Positions 1-8,611 of a stretch of 34,180 nt of DNA are shown one piece after another. This DNA is from Candidatus Methylomirabilia bacterium (GTDB lineage: Bacteria > Methylomirabilota > Methylomirabilia > Rokubacteriales > CSP1-6), in the NCBI GenBank assembly GCA_041492755.1, contig JBGPXN010000035.1, positions 1 through 34,180 on the forward strand, given 5' to 3'. The stretch's first letter is position 1. Each line of letters opens with the position of its first letter. The notes under the pieces were generated by a model. The model saw only the letters and a list, made by a program, of their open reading frames with translations. It had not been told where the DNA came from and ran no database searches. The position numbers were made by a program, and so were the translations under genes.

Positions 1-1031
1 ACGACGTCGACGACCTCGTGGAGCGGTCCAGCTTCGAGGAGGTGGTCTACCTCCTCTGGCACGGGGCGCTGCCGACGAAGAAGGAGCTCGAGGCGCACGT
101 CAAGTCGCTGTCCTCGACGGCGACCCGGAAGCTGGCGCCCAAGATGATCTCCATCCTCAAAGCGCTCCCGAAGAAGACGTCGCCCATGGAAGTGCTGCGC
201 ACGGGCATCTCGGCGCTCTCGGCCTTCGATCCCGACGCCAACGACAACTCGGCGCCGGCGACGCTGCGCAAGGCGCTCCGCGTGACCGCGCAGATGCCGA
301 CGGTGGTCGCCGCGTGGGAGCGGATCCGTCGCGGCAAACCCCTGGTGGCGCCGAATCCCAAGCTGAACCTCGCCGCCAACTTCCTGTACATGATGTTCGG
401 CAAGAAGCCGACCGACCTCGCCGCCAAGACCTTCGACGTCGCCCTGATCCTGCACGCCGACCACGAGTTCAATGCGTCCACGTTCGCCGCGCGCGTGACC
501 GCGGCCACCCTGTCCGACCTGCACTCGGCGGTCGTGTCGGGTATCGGCGCCCTCAAGGGACCGCTCCACGGCGGCGCCAACGAGCAGGTCATGCTGATGG
601 TCGAGCAGATCAAGTCGCCCGCCAAGGCGGAGTCCTGGACCCGTAAGGCGCTCGCCGACAAGATGCGGATGATGGGCTTCGGTCATCGCGTGTATCGCGT
701 GGAAGACCCGCGGGCCAAGCACCTGCGGCGGCTGGCCAGCGAGCTCGGCGAGCAGGCGGGCAACACCAGCTACGTGCAGATCCTCGACATCGTGGCCAAG
801 GTGGTGCGCGACGACAAGAAGATCTTCCCGAACGTCGACCTCTACTCCGGCGCCGCCTACAAGTCGATGGGCATTCCCACCGACCAGTTCACGCCGATCT
901 TCGCGATGAGCCGGGTCGCGGGCTGGGTGGCCCACGTCATCGAGCAGCACACGCACAACCGGCTCATCCGCCCGCGCGCGGAGTACACCGGGCCCTCGCG
1001 CACGTCGTACGTCCCGCTCGACCGGCGCTGA
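1..1031 (+). CDS. gltA: Citrate synthase (citrate/2-methylcitrate synthase family), 5' truncated by the window edge
   Basis: Frame is open from the window start. Motifs DHEFNASTF, GPLHGGANE, GFGHRVY, DPRA, PNVDLYSG and LIRPR are present. Confidence 0.93.
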   Translation, partial: DVDDLVERSSFEEVVYLLWHGALPTKKELEAHVKSLSSTATRKLAPKMISILKALPKKTSPMEVLRTGISALSAFDPDANDNSAPATLRKALRVTAQMPTVVAAWERIRRGKPLVAPNPKLNLAANFLYMMFGKKPTDLAAKTFDVALILHADHEFNASTFAARVTAATLSDLHSAVVSGIGALKGPLHGGANEQVMLMVEQIKSPAKAESWTRKALADKMRMMGFGHRVYRVEDPRAKHLRRLASELGEQAGNTSYVQILDIVAKVVRDDKKIFPNVDLYSGAAYKSMGIPTDQFTPIFAMSRVAGWVAHVIEQHTHNRLIRPRAEYTGPSRTSYVPLDRR

Positions 1032-1039
1032 CCATCGTG

Positions 1040-1112
1040 ATCGGGGGGCGCGCTGCGCTGCTCCCCCCGATACCCCCCTTCGCTCCGAGGCGCGTCCGTG
1101 ATTCGCCTCGGG
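1040..1112. repeat. REP-like GC-rich palindromic element (possible terminator after citrate synthase)
   Basis: ATCGGGGGG (1040-1048) pairs with CCCCCCGAT (1063-1071), followed by ACCCCCCTTCGCTC and a second hairpin (CCGAGGCG...CGCCTCGG). The layout matches the element at 10889-10963. Confidence 0.6.
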
Positions 1113-1182
1113 GTGCGATCTCCATAGCGCTGTCGGTGCGGCGGCAAAGCCGCCGCGCGGACCCGGTCATCCGGCGGCGACG

Positions 1183-2007
1183 GTGACCGGCGCGCCCCGG
1201 GTTTCCATCGTGATGTGCGTGCTCGATCAGGTTGCCCTCACGCGCGCCTGCCTCGAGAGCTTGCGTGCCAGCACCGAGCCGTTCCGCCTCGTCGTGATGG
1301 ATACCGGGTCCACCGACGGCACGCGCGAGTTGTTCGAGCGATTTCCGTACCCGTTCCCCCTCCGCTACCAGTCGCAGCCGCTCGGCGGCTCGGTGATCGC
1401 CGCGCTCAATCGCGCCTGGCGCCTGGCCGACACCGACGTGCTGTGCTTCCTGCACAACGACACCGAGATGGTCGACTCCGCGTGGCTGCGCCGGCTGCTC
1501 GACGCCCTCGCGGCGCCGGGGGTCGGGCTGGCCGGCCTCTATGGCGTCAAGCGGCTGCGGCGGACGGGGCGGGCGGTGAGGCGCACCATCGTCCACAGCC
1601 TCGCCGAGGGACCGACGGTGCGGGCGCCCTGGGAGGAGGTCGCGTTCGTGGACTCCGTGTGCATGTGCCTGCCGCGGGCGCTGATGGATGCGGTGGGCGG
1701 ATTCGACGAGGGCTACGGCGTCTACCATGGTCACGATCGCGATCTGTCCTTCGCCGTGCGCGAGCGTGGCCAGCGCTGCGTCGTGGTCCGCGCGCCGTTT
1801 CAGCACCGTGGCGGCGGCACGCGCGCGCGAAACTTCGACACCGCGCCCGACCGCGAGCGCGCCGACCTCGCCCAGCGCCGCGCCGTCCTCGCCCGCTTCG
1901 CCGCGAAGTACCGCCATCGGCTTCCGTGCGACGTGCGGTCGCCGGGCGAGCGCGTCTCGGACTGGGTGCGCGCCCGGCTGCCCTGGCCAAACCCGGTGGC
2001 GCCGTGA
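1183..2007 (+). CDS. Glycosyltransferase family 2 (GT-A)
   Basis: Motifs VSIVM, VVMDTGSTDGT, CFLHNDT (DxD-like) and VGGFDEGY...HDRDLS. Confidence 0.88.
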   Translation: MTGAPRVSIVMCVLDQVALTRACLESLRASTEPFRLVVMDTGSTDGTRELFERFPYPFPLRYQSQPLGGSVIAALNRAWRLADTDVLCFLHNDTEMVDSAWLRRLLDALAAPGVGLAGLYGVKRLRRTGRAVRRTIVHSLAEGPTVRAPWEEVAFVDSVCMCLPRALMDAVGGFDEGYGVYHGHDRDLSFAVRERGQRCVVVRAPFQHRGGGTRARNFDTAPDRERADLAQRRAVLARFAAKYRHRLPCDVRSPGERVSDWVRARLPWPNPVAP

Positions 2008-2264
2008 CGCCGTTGCGCGTCGGCATCGTCGGCGCCGGCTTCGCCGCCGACCTGCACGCGCTGAATCTGCGCCCGCGGCGGGGCCTGAAGGCCGAGGTGA
2101 CGCCGGACGGCGCCGTGGGGGGCGACGAGTACATCATCGAGAAGGTCGAGACCAAGGCGGGCTGGCAGTTCCCGAGTTCCGAGGAGGACTGGGTGGTGGA
2201 GGTCATCTACGCCGGGTATCTGTCGGCGGCGACCGGGCGTCGCGTGGAGCTGGCGCCGTCATGA
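2004..2264 (+). pseudogene. Internally deleted Gfo/Idh/MocA-family oxidoreductase remnant (86 aa, still in frame)
   Basis: GTG start overlaps the GT2 stop (GTGA) and the stop overlaps the dapF start (ATGA). The N-terminus LRVGIVGAGFAADLH is a Rossmann start and the C-terminus VVEVIYAGYLSAATGRRVEL is the family's terminal helix, but most of the core is absent. Confidence 0.7.
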
Positions 2265-3136
2265 TCCCGTTTGCCAAGGGCCACGGGCTCGGCAACGACT
2301 ACATCGTGATGGAAGAGTCCGACCTGCCGCGGCCGCTGTCCACGCGGGCGATCGGGCGCATCTGCGATCGCAACTGGGGGGTCGGCTCCGACGGCATCTT
2401 GCTGCGGGTGCCCAGCGCGAACGCGGACTTCGGGCTCCGCATCTTCAATCCCGACGGCAGCGAGGCCGAGAAGTCGGGCAACGGTCTGCGCATCTTCGCC
2501 AAGTACCTCTGGGACCACGGGCATACCGGCGGCACGCCGACCTTCACCGTCGACACCAAGGGTGGCATCGTGGAGTGCCAGTGCCAGGTGGTGGACGGCG
2601 GCGTGCGCTTCGTCACCGTGGAGATGGGGCACGCGACGTTCCGCGCGCCCGAGATCCCCATGAACGGCCCCGACCGCGACGTGGTCGACGTGCCGCTGCA
2701 GCTCGCCGACGGCACCAGCCTGCGCGTCACGGCGGTGTCGGTGGGCAACCCGCACTGCGTCGTGTTCGTGGATCGCCTGGACGACGCCGAGACCCGCCGC
2801 CTGGGACCGCTGATCGAGCGCCACCCCGTGTTCCCCAACCGCACGAACGTGCAGTTCGCGCGGGCCGCCGCCGCCGACGTGCTGGACATCCTGATCTGGG
2901 AGCGCGGTGCGGGCTACACGCTGGCCTCGGGTTCCTCGTCGTGCGGCGCCGCCTCCGCCGCGGTGCGTACCGGCCGGTGTCGCGCGGGTCGGGTGACCGT
3001 CCGCATGCCGGGCGGCGAGCTGGTCGTGCACGTGCGGGACGATTGGTCACTGCGACTGGAGGGACCGGTGGAAGAGGTCTACACGGGGAGGCTCCACCGT
3101 GAGTTCGCGGCGCGCCTCGACGCCGAGGGCGGGTGA
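2261..3136 (+). CDS. dapF: Diaminopimelate epimerase family protein with Ser at both catalytic positions
   Basis: Motifs KGHGLGNDY, GVGSDG, IFNPDGSEAEKSGNGLR, VGNPHCV, FPNRTNV and WERGAGYTLASGSS. ATG at 2261. The longer 1688 ORF start is spurious. Confidence 0.92.
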   Translation: MIPFAKGHGLGNDYIVMEESDLPRPLSTRAIGRICDRNWGVGSDGILLRVPSANADFGLRIFNPDGSEAEKSGNGLRIFAKYLWDHGHTGGTPTFTVDTKGGIVECQCQVVDGGVRFVTVEMGHATFRAPEIPMNGPDRDVVDVPLQLADGTSLRVTAVSVGNPHCVVFVDRLDDAETRRLGPLIERHPVFPNRTNVQFARAAAADVLDILIWERGAGYTLASGSSSCGAASAAVRTGRCRAGRVTVRMPGGELVVHVRDDWSLRLEGPVEEVYTGRLHREFAARLDAEGG

Positions 3137-3158
3137 GGCGAGCCACCGGACCAATGGA

Positions 3159-3608
3159 CTACCCGGCCGGGAACGCGTTGCCGGGCGCGAAGCGCGTCGA
3201 GTGTACGAGGCGCGCGACCACGCAACAAAACTCCTGCGGGTCGACGGGTTTGGCCAGACATTCCTGGAACCCGGCCATCAGCGCCGTGTCGCGGGCGGAG
3301 TCGCCGGGATCCCCGCTGAGCGCGAGCGTCGCCGTTCGGCCACCCCGGACGCGCTTGAACGCGCGGACGGCACGGAGGAGCGGTATCCCGTCACCCGCCG
3401 CACACGACGTCGCCACGACGAGTACGCGCGGGATGATCGTTCGCAGGAGCAGGAGCCCGGCGTGATGGCTGGGGGCGACGGTGATCCAGGCGCCGTAGTA
3501 TTCCAGCGCGGTCGCCAGCACACTGGCCACGGCCGCGTCATCCTCCGCGACGAGGACGTGAACGCCGATGAGACACGCGGCTGGTCCGGAGACGTGGCGC
3601 TTCGTCAT
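3159..3608 (-). CDS. Stand-alone response-regulator receiver-like protein (degenerate, pseudo-receiver)
   Basis: VLVAEDD acidic pocket, ALSG and AGFQECLAKPVDP (KP motif) are present. The expected phosphoacceptor Asp is missing (PRVLVVAT). ATG at 3608 was chosen because upstream starts overlap the C-box. Confidence 0.7.
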   Translation of the reverse strand: MTKRHVSGPAACLIGVHVLVAEDDAAVASVLATALEYYGAWITVAPSHHAGLLLLRTIIPRVLVVATSCAAGDGIPLLRAVRAFKRVRGGRTATLALSGDPGDSARDTALMAGFQECLAKPVDPQEFCCVVARLVHSTRFAPGNAFPAG

Positions 3609-3640
3609 GATACGTATCGCATGGTGACTCTTAGGATGAC

Positions 3641-3666
3641 TACTCATAGTCTGTAGACCGATCGTC
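3641..3666 (+). promoter_or_regulatory. C-box (controller-protein operator, C.PvuII-like)
   Basis: TACT-CAT-AGTC-TGTA-GACC-GAT-CGTC fits the tandem GACT-N3-AGTC operators with a TGTA spacer. It lies 22 nt upstream of an XRE gene that has no obvious RBS. Confidence 0.75.
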
Positions 3667-3688
3667 GTCAAGCCTCCATCCTCGGCCG

Positions 3689-4060
3689 GTGAGCGCTCAA
3701 GGGCCGGGGGACAGAGTTGATGATCCGTCGAATCGTGAACCGGCCAACGGTCGGGTACTGGTGGCCGGGAACCTCCGGCGCCTGAGGTCGGGTCGGAGTC
3801 TTTCCCAGGAAGCGTTGGCCGATCGCGCGAGCATCCATCGCACGTATCTCAGCTCGGTCGAACGCGCGGAGCGCAACGTCTCGATCGACAATATCTGCCG
3901 CCTGGCGTGGGCGCTCGACGTGGACGTGCGCGAGCTGCTCGCGCCGATGCGCCTGCCCGCCCGGGAGTATTCGATGCCGAGCCGCCGCCGGCCGGTCCTG
4001 AAGGTTTCCGAAGCGACGAGACCGCCGCGGCCCGGGGCGAGGCGAGGGCGAAGCAGATAA
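3689..4060 (+). CDS. XRE-family HTH regulator, R-M controller (C) protein-like
   Basis: NLRRLR...LSQEALADRASIHRTYLSSVERAERNVSIDNICRLAWALDV, including the HRTY recognition helix typical of C proteins. Confidence 0.85.
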   Translation: MSAQGPGDRVDDPSNREPANGRVLVAGNLRRLRSGRSLSQEALADRASIHRTYLSSVERAERNVSIDNICRLAWALDVDVRELLAPMRLPAREYSMPSRRRPVLKVSEATRPPRPGARRGRSR

Positions 4061-4097
4061 CCCGGCCGGCCGGGGACGATCGCGGGCGCGAGCGAGG

Positions 4098-5507
4098 CTA
4101 GGAGCGGGGCGCCGTCCGGTCAAGGACGCTGCGAACGGCCATCGGCAACGCCCCCATCCGCTTGCGAGCGGCCGGGACGAGCTGCCGCTCGAAGAAGTCG
4201 AGATAGCTGCCGCCAGACAGTCCGAGCAGCGTCATGTAGTCCGCGACGTAGGGCGCGCGGGGCGCGCCGCTCACCAGCCATTCGGCGCACACGTGCGCGA
4301 GGTGGAGCACGGCGATGTCGCGCCGGTATTCGAGGTCCAGCCGCTCGGGCGGAAGGAATTCCGGTCGGTGCTGACTCTCGATGACTCGCACCAGTCGCGT
4401 CGGAAGGCTCCAGCTTTCCAGCACGGCCGCCCCGAGGGCGGCCGGGTCGAGGAGGTCGAAGAGGCCGGCAGTGTCGCGGTGGGTCTGGCGCAGCAGCAAC
4501 ACGACGCTGCGGCCGATGTCGTGCAGGAGCCCGATGGTCGACGCCACGGGTACCTGCATGCCCCCGACGAGCGTGGCCGTCTCTCCGGCCAGGACGGACA
4601 CCAGATGCGCATGGTTCTGGATCTGGCGTGCCTCGGGCGAGTCCGGCACGATCGATTCGACCCCGCTCTCGAGGATGAGCTGGTAGATGGTGTTCACCCC
4701 GAGCACCAGGAAGGCGTGAAGGTAGTCGGAAACCGGGACGAGCCGCCCGTACGCCGCGGAGTTCGCGCGCTTGAGCACGAGGCCCGCCAGCGACGGATTG
4801 CTCTGGATCGATTCCATGACCTCGTCGGCATGCAGCCGCTCGTCCATCAGCTTGATGGCGAGATCGGTGGTGTACAGCGGGAGTCGCGGGATGCCGGCGA
4901 TGAGCCCCTGGAGCGATGCGGAGCCCAGGCACGCGCGCGTACGGTCCTCGGTGGCTCGCGTGGAGGCCACGAGGTCATTTCCGCGCCGGACGAGGGTGTC
5001 ATGGCGCGTGGCCAGCGTGTTGAACCGGGCCGCCGCTGACGCCGCCGCCGAGCGGAGGACCGCGAGCCGCGTGGCCGGCGGCACGAGATCCAGCACCGCG
5101 GGCTGGAGCTGGATGACGGTGGAGGGCTCGCGCGCGACGACGGCCCACGCCGGCGCGGCGGCCTCGGTTCCCGCCTCGAGGCACTCACCTTTGGCGACCG
5201 TCGCGAGTCTGACCGTCTCCCCGCTGATCGCGAGCGTCAGGTCGAGCGAGCCCTCGGCCACGATCCAGACGGTGTCGGCGCCGGGGCCGTCTGCCAGCTC
5301 GGCGAGCGACTCGCCGAACGACAGCGTCTTGACCGGGGCGACGCTGTGGAGGCTCAGCATGTCCTGCTCCGACAACACCGCCACCGGCGCTCGCTTGGCG
5401 GCGGCCGGCGCCGTCGGCTTCGAGACGGCCGGAGGTGAGCCGGATTTCGATACGGACGGCGTTTGAGACGCCGTCGCCCGTCGACGTGGCCTGAGATGAA
5501 GGTCCAT
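4098..5507 (-). CDS. HDOD-domain protein with an N-terminal degenerate cyclic-nucleotide-binding-like domain
   Basis: HDOD signatures IPRLP, NPSLAGLVLKRANSAAYG and GLLHDIG. The N-terminal part (GESL...VWIVAEGSLDL...LATVAKGEC) resembles a cNMP beta-barrel. Confidence 0.82.
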   Translation of the reverse strand: MDLHLRPRRRATASQTPSVSKSGSPPAVSKPTAPAAAKRAPVAVLSEQDMLSLHSVAPVKTLSFGESLAELADGPGADTVWIVAEGSLDLTLAISGETVRLATVAKGECLEAGTEAAAPAWAVVAREPSTVIQLQPAVLDLVPPATRLAVLRSAAASAAARFNTLATRHDTLVRRGNDLVASTRATEDRTRACLGSASLQGLIAGIPRLPLYTTDLAIKLMDERLHADEVMESIQSNPSLAGLVLKRANSAAYGRLVPVSDYLHAFLVLGVNTIYQLILESGVESIVPDSPEARQIQNHAHLVSVLAGETATLVGGMQVPVASTIGLLHDIGRSVVLLLRQTHRDTAGLFDLLDPAALGAAVLESWSLPTRLVRVIESQHRPEFLPPERLDLEYRRDIAVLHLAHVCAEWLVSGAPRAPYVADYMTLLGLSGGSYLDFFERQLVPAARKRMGALPMAVRSVLDRTAPRS

Positions 5508-5615
5508 ATGCCGGGTCTATCGGCTCAATCGAGCCGGGGCTTGAGCCCCGTGGACCCGCCAGGCGGCGCAGGACCGGCATGTCGTGCCGGGCGTGGGGGC
5601 CGAGGGCCGGGAGCG

Positions 5616-6593
5616 CTACCCCCGGCTCGCGACGTAGGCGGCGCCAAGCAGCGGCGCCTTGGGATTCAGCGCGAGGCGGACCGGCGTGTGCTTGAGGAGG
5701 TTGGACATCCGGCCCTTGTCGCAGAAGGCCTGCATGAAGGTGCCGTCGACGAGCTTGTCCTTGAGCTTGGGGCCGATGCCGCCGGCGATGTAGACGCCGC
5801 CGACCGCCATGACCTTCAGCGCCAGGTTGCCCGCTTCGGCGCCGTACAGGCTCGCGAAGAGGTCCAGCGTCTTGACGCAGATGGCGTCGGATCCGCTCAG
5901 TCCTTCCGTGGCGACCGTCGCACTGGCGTCGCCGCTCTTGAGCTTCTCGCGCAGGGCGTCGGACTCGGGCGCGAAGCCGGAATCACGGAGAAAGGAGTAG
6001 ATGTTGAAGAAGCCGGGACCGGAGAGCACGCGTTCGTAGCTCACGTGGCCGCCGAACTTTTTCCGCAGATAGCGGACGAGATCGTCCTCCATCTCGGTGC
6101 GGGGCGCGATGTCGCAGTGGCCACCCTCCGAGGCCATGACCGAGTACTTCTGGCCGTCCCAGAAGATGATCGCCTCGCCGAGTCCGGTGCCCGCGGCGAT
6201 GACGGCCATGTGGCCCTTCATCGGCGCGCCCGCCTGCAGTGTCAGCAGCTCGGTCTCGGGAAGGTTGATCACCCCCCAGGCGGCCGCCTCCAGATCGTTC
6301 AGGAGCTTCACCCGCGGGGCCGGGATGGCCGCCATCAGGTGGCGCTCCTCCAGCTGCCAGGGGAGGTTGGTAGCCGAGCAGCGCCCATCGACGACCGCGC
6401 CGGCCACGCCGAAGCACGCCGACGTGATGCTCACGCCGGGGCTACCGTCCAGGAAGCGGCCAAGGATCGCGTCGAAGGTCGCGGACTGCCGGCTGGAGTA
6501 GGTTTCCTCGCGCACCGGTGTCAGCGTGCGCGCGCCTGGCTCGAGTAGCGCCAGGACGGTCTTCGTCCCTCCGATGTCACCTGCCAGGATCAT
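5616..6593 (-). CDS. glk: Glucokinase
   Basis: Motifs ILAGDIGGTKT, ATNLPW, LLNDLEA, AGTGLGEA, SEGGH, SYERVLSGPG, YIAGGIGPK and KGRM. Confidence 0.95.
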   Translation of the reverse strand: MILAGDIGGTKTVLALLEPGARTLTPVREETYSSRQSATFDAILGRFLDGSPGVSITSACFGVAGAVVDGRCSATNLPWQLEERHLMAAIPAPRVKLLNDLEAAAWGVINLPETELLTLQAGAPMKGHMAVIAAGTGLGEAIIFWDGQKYSVMASEGGHCDIAPRTEMEDDLVRYLRKKFGGHVSYERVLSGPGFFNIYSFLRDSGFAPESDALREKLKSGDASATVATEGLSGSDAICVKTLDLFASLYGAEAGNLALKVMAVGGVYIAGGIGPKLKDKLVDGTFMQAFCDKGRMSNLLKHTPVRLALNPKAPLLGAAYVASRG

Positions 6594-6722
6594 GTGGGTG
6601 CCTCGACGATTGGGTGGGCCGTGGGCCGGTCACGGCGCCGCGTCGATGACGGCGCCTCGCCGTGACCGGCTCGCGGGTGGTTGTGGTTCAGCGCTGCCGC
6701 GCCTGACCGGGCGCGATCGCGG

Positions 6723-7493
6723 TCATGACCGAGCCTCTGTGTGCGTCAGCTGCTGGGCGGCGGCCCGATCGACGAGCCAGACGAGTCGCCCGGGGCTTGG
6801 CTGGATGAGCTGCGACGGGAACTCTTCGGGGTTTCGCGCGCCCTCGAGAACCTGCTTCAGCGCGGCGGCCTTGTCGGCCCCGCCCGCGGCGAAGCGGACA
6901 TCGCGCGCGCGGTTGAGGATCGCCGTGGTCATCGTGAGCCGATCCTTGGTCGGCATCTTCGCCACGTGGGTCGGCGCCACCCACCGGCGGGTCTCGCCCA
7001 GCACGGGCGTGTGGGGGAAGAGCGACGCGGTGTGCCCGTCCGGCCCCATGCCGAGGAAGACGAGGTCGAGCGCGGGCGGCTCGCCGTCGGGATCGACGCC
7101 GAACACCGTCGCGATCTCGGCCTGGTACTCGCGCGAGGCCGTCTCGCGGTCGGCGCGGTCGGCCGGCACGCGGTGGATCCGATCCTGCGACAGCTCGAGC
7201 TTCGATAGCAGCGTCTTCCAGGCCAGTCCGTAGTTCGACTCGGGATGGTCCTGCGCGACGCAGCGCTCGTCCCCGAAGAAGAAGTCGATCCTGGGCCAGT
7301 CGACCTGGTTCCGCAGCGGTGGCTCCGCCAGCAGCTCGTACATCCGCTTGGGCGTGGAGCCGCCGGCGAGCGCGACCGTGAACCGGCCGCGCACGGCGAT
7401 CGCATCCTTGGCGATGGCCACGAACTCGCGCGCGGCTTCCTGGGCGATCGCTTCGCCGTCGGGCAGCGTGCGGACGATCGGCGCCGGGCTCAC
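6723..7493 (-). CDS. pgl: 6-phosphogluconolactonase
   Basis: GTG start overlaps the opcA stop. Motifs ALAGGSTP, FFGDERCV, SNY, LGMGPDGHTASLFP and RLTMT. Confidence 0.95.
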   Translation of the reverse strand: MSPAPIVRTLPDGEAIAQEAAREFVAIAKDAIAVRGRFTVALAGGSTPKRMYELLAEPPLRNQVDWPRIDFFFGDERCVAQDHPESNYGLAWKTLLSKLELSQDRIHRVPADRADRETASREYQAEIATVFGVDPDGEPPALDLVFLGMGPDGHTASLFPHTPVLGETRRWVAPTHVAKMPTKDRLTMTTAILNRARDVRFAAGGADKAAALKQVLEGARNPEEFPSQLIQPSPGRLVWLVDRAAAQQLTHTEARS

Positions 7494-8611
7494 AGGACGG
7501 CCTCTGCCATCGTGCGGGCGAGCGCGACCGCGCTTTCGAACAGCCGGTCGCGCTTGTAATCGGGAAGCTGGCGGGCGACCAGGGCGCCCCGCGTCTGGAC
7601 GGGACCCGTCAGCGACACGACGCGGTCGGACAGGCCGTGGGCGACGCCGTGCAAGCGGCCCGGTCCTTCCCACGTGAACCGGAAGGTCACTGGACGATCG
7701 TGGACTCGCGTGGCGATCCGGATGCTCCGGATCTCCGACTCGCCCTCGGGCAGACGACGGATGTTCACTCTCGGCATGCCGTGCTCCCAGTCGAAGGACC
7801 AGCTCACCTCGGGCCCCGGCAGGACCCTGCCGCCGCGGGGCTGCCATCCGAGACGGAAGGCGAGCCAGCCGGACAGCAGCCAGGCCTGGGTCAGGGTGTG
7901 CGGCCCGTGCTCGATGTCGACCTCGGTGATGTTGTCGATGGCGCCGGGGGCCAGCGCGGGGTCCATCATCTGCGCGATCAGCCGGCGCCACAGCTTCGGA
8001 CGCCGCCACGCGAGATCGGACGTGGCTTGCCCGCCGTTCGTGGCGATCCAGCGTGCGGTCACGACGAGCTGCCGGAGCGGGTCCGTCCACGCCATGCTGT
8101 CGTAGATGACCTGCGTCGCCTCACCGGCGAGCTCGTCGAAGAGGTCGCCGGCCAGCGGCGGCGCTTCGGGCGTGGCCCACCACAAGGCGGTGGGGAGATC
8201 ACCCAGCACCAGGGAACGAACGGCCGACGGCAGGCTGCGGGCGCTCGGACCGCCGGCCCGGAGCATCACGTGCTCGCCGCAGAGCTGCTCGCCGCCGTCG
8301 CCAGACCGGCCGTGGGCGGCCACCAGCGCCTCGATTTCGTCGGCCTCGCTGGCGGCATCCGCCGTCAGCACCACCACGCGCGAGGGATGCCGCGCCACGA
8401 TGGTGGCGATGTCGTCCACGATCGCGGCTTCCTCCTGCCGGCTGCGGCAGAAGGCGACGACGTTGGCCATGAGCGCCCGCGTCTGCGCAGCGCCGTCGGG
8501 GCCCTCGAGCCCCGCCCAGAGCTGGTCGAGCTCGCGCTCGACGCGGCTGAACGGCACCGAGCGTGGTCGCCGACGTTCGCCGATGGCGCCCGCGGTCACA
8601 GCGTCCGCCAC
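7490..8611 (-). CDS. opcA: Glucose-6-phosphate dehydrogenase assembly protein OpcA
   Basis: Directly downstream of zwf. Motifs HPSRVVVL, CGEHVML, LVLGDLPTALWW, DLAWRR..WR and WLAFRLGW. Confidence 0.88.
   Translation of the reverse strand: MADAVTAGAIGERRRPRSVPFSRVERELDQLWAGLEGPDGAAQTRALMANVVAFCRSRQEEAAIVDDIATIVARHPSRVVVLTADAASEADEIEALVAAHGRSGDGGEQLCGEHVMLRAGGPSARSLPSAVRSLVLGDLPTALWWATPEAPPLAGDLFDELAGEATQVIYDSMAWTDPLRQLVVTARWIATNGGQATSDLAWRRPKLWRRLIAQMMDPALAPGAIDNITEVDIEHGPHTLTQAWLLSGWLAFRLGWQPRGGRVLPGPEVSWSFDWEHGMPRVNIRRLPEGESEIRSIRIATRVHDRPVTFRFTWEGPGRLHGVAHGLSDRVVSLTGPVQTRGALVARQLPDYKRDRLFESAVALARTMAEAVL

Noticed and set aside
1215..2260. Long upstream extensions of the 1215..2264 and 1688..3136 ORFs
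   Set aside because: They overlap the GT2 gene in other frames. Homology begins only at 2004 and 2261.
7494..8090. N-terminal 199-aa extension of pgl
   Set aside because: It overlaps opcA out of frame. The GTG at 7493 coupled to the opcA stop is the better start.
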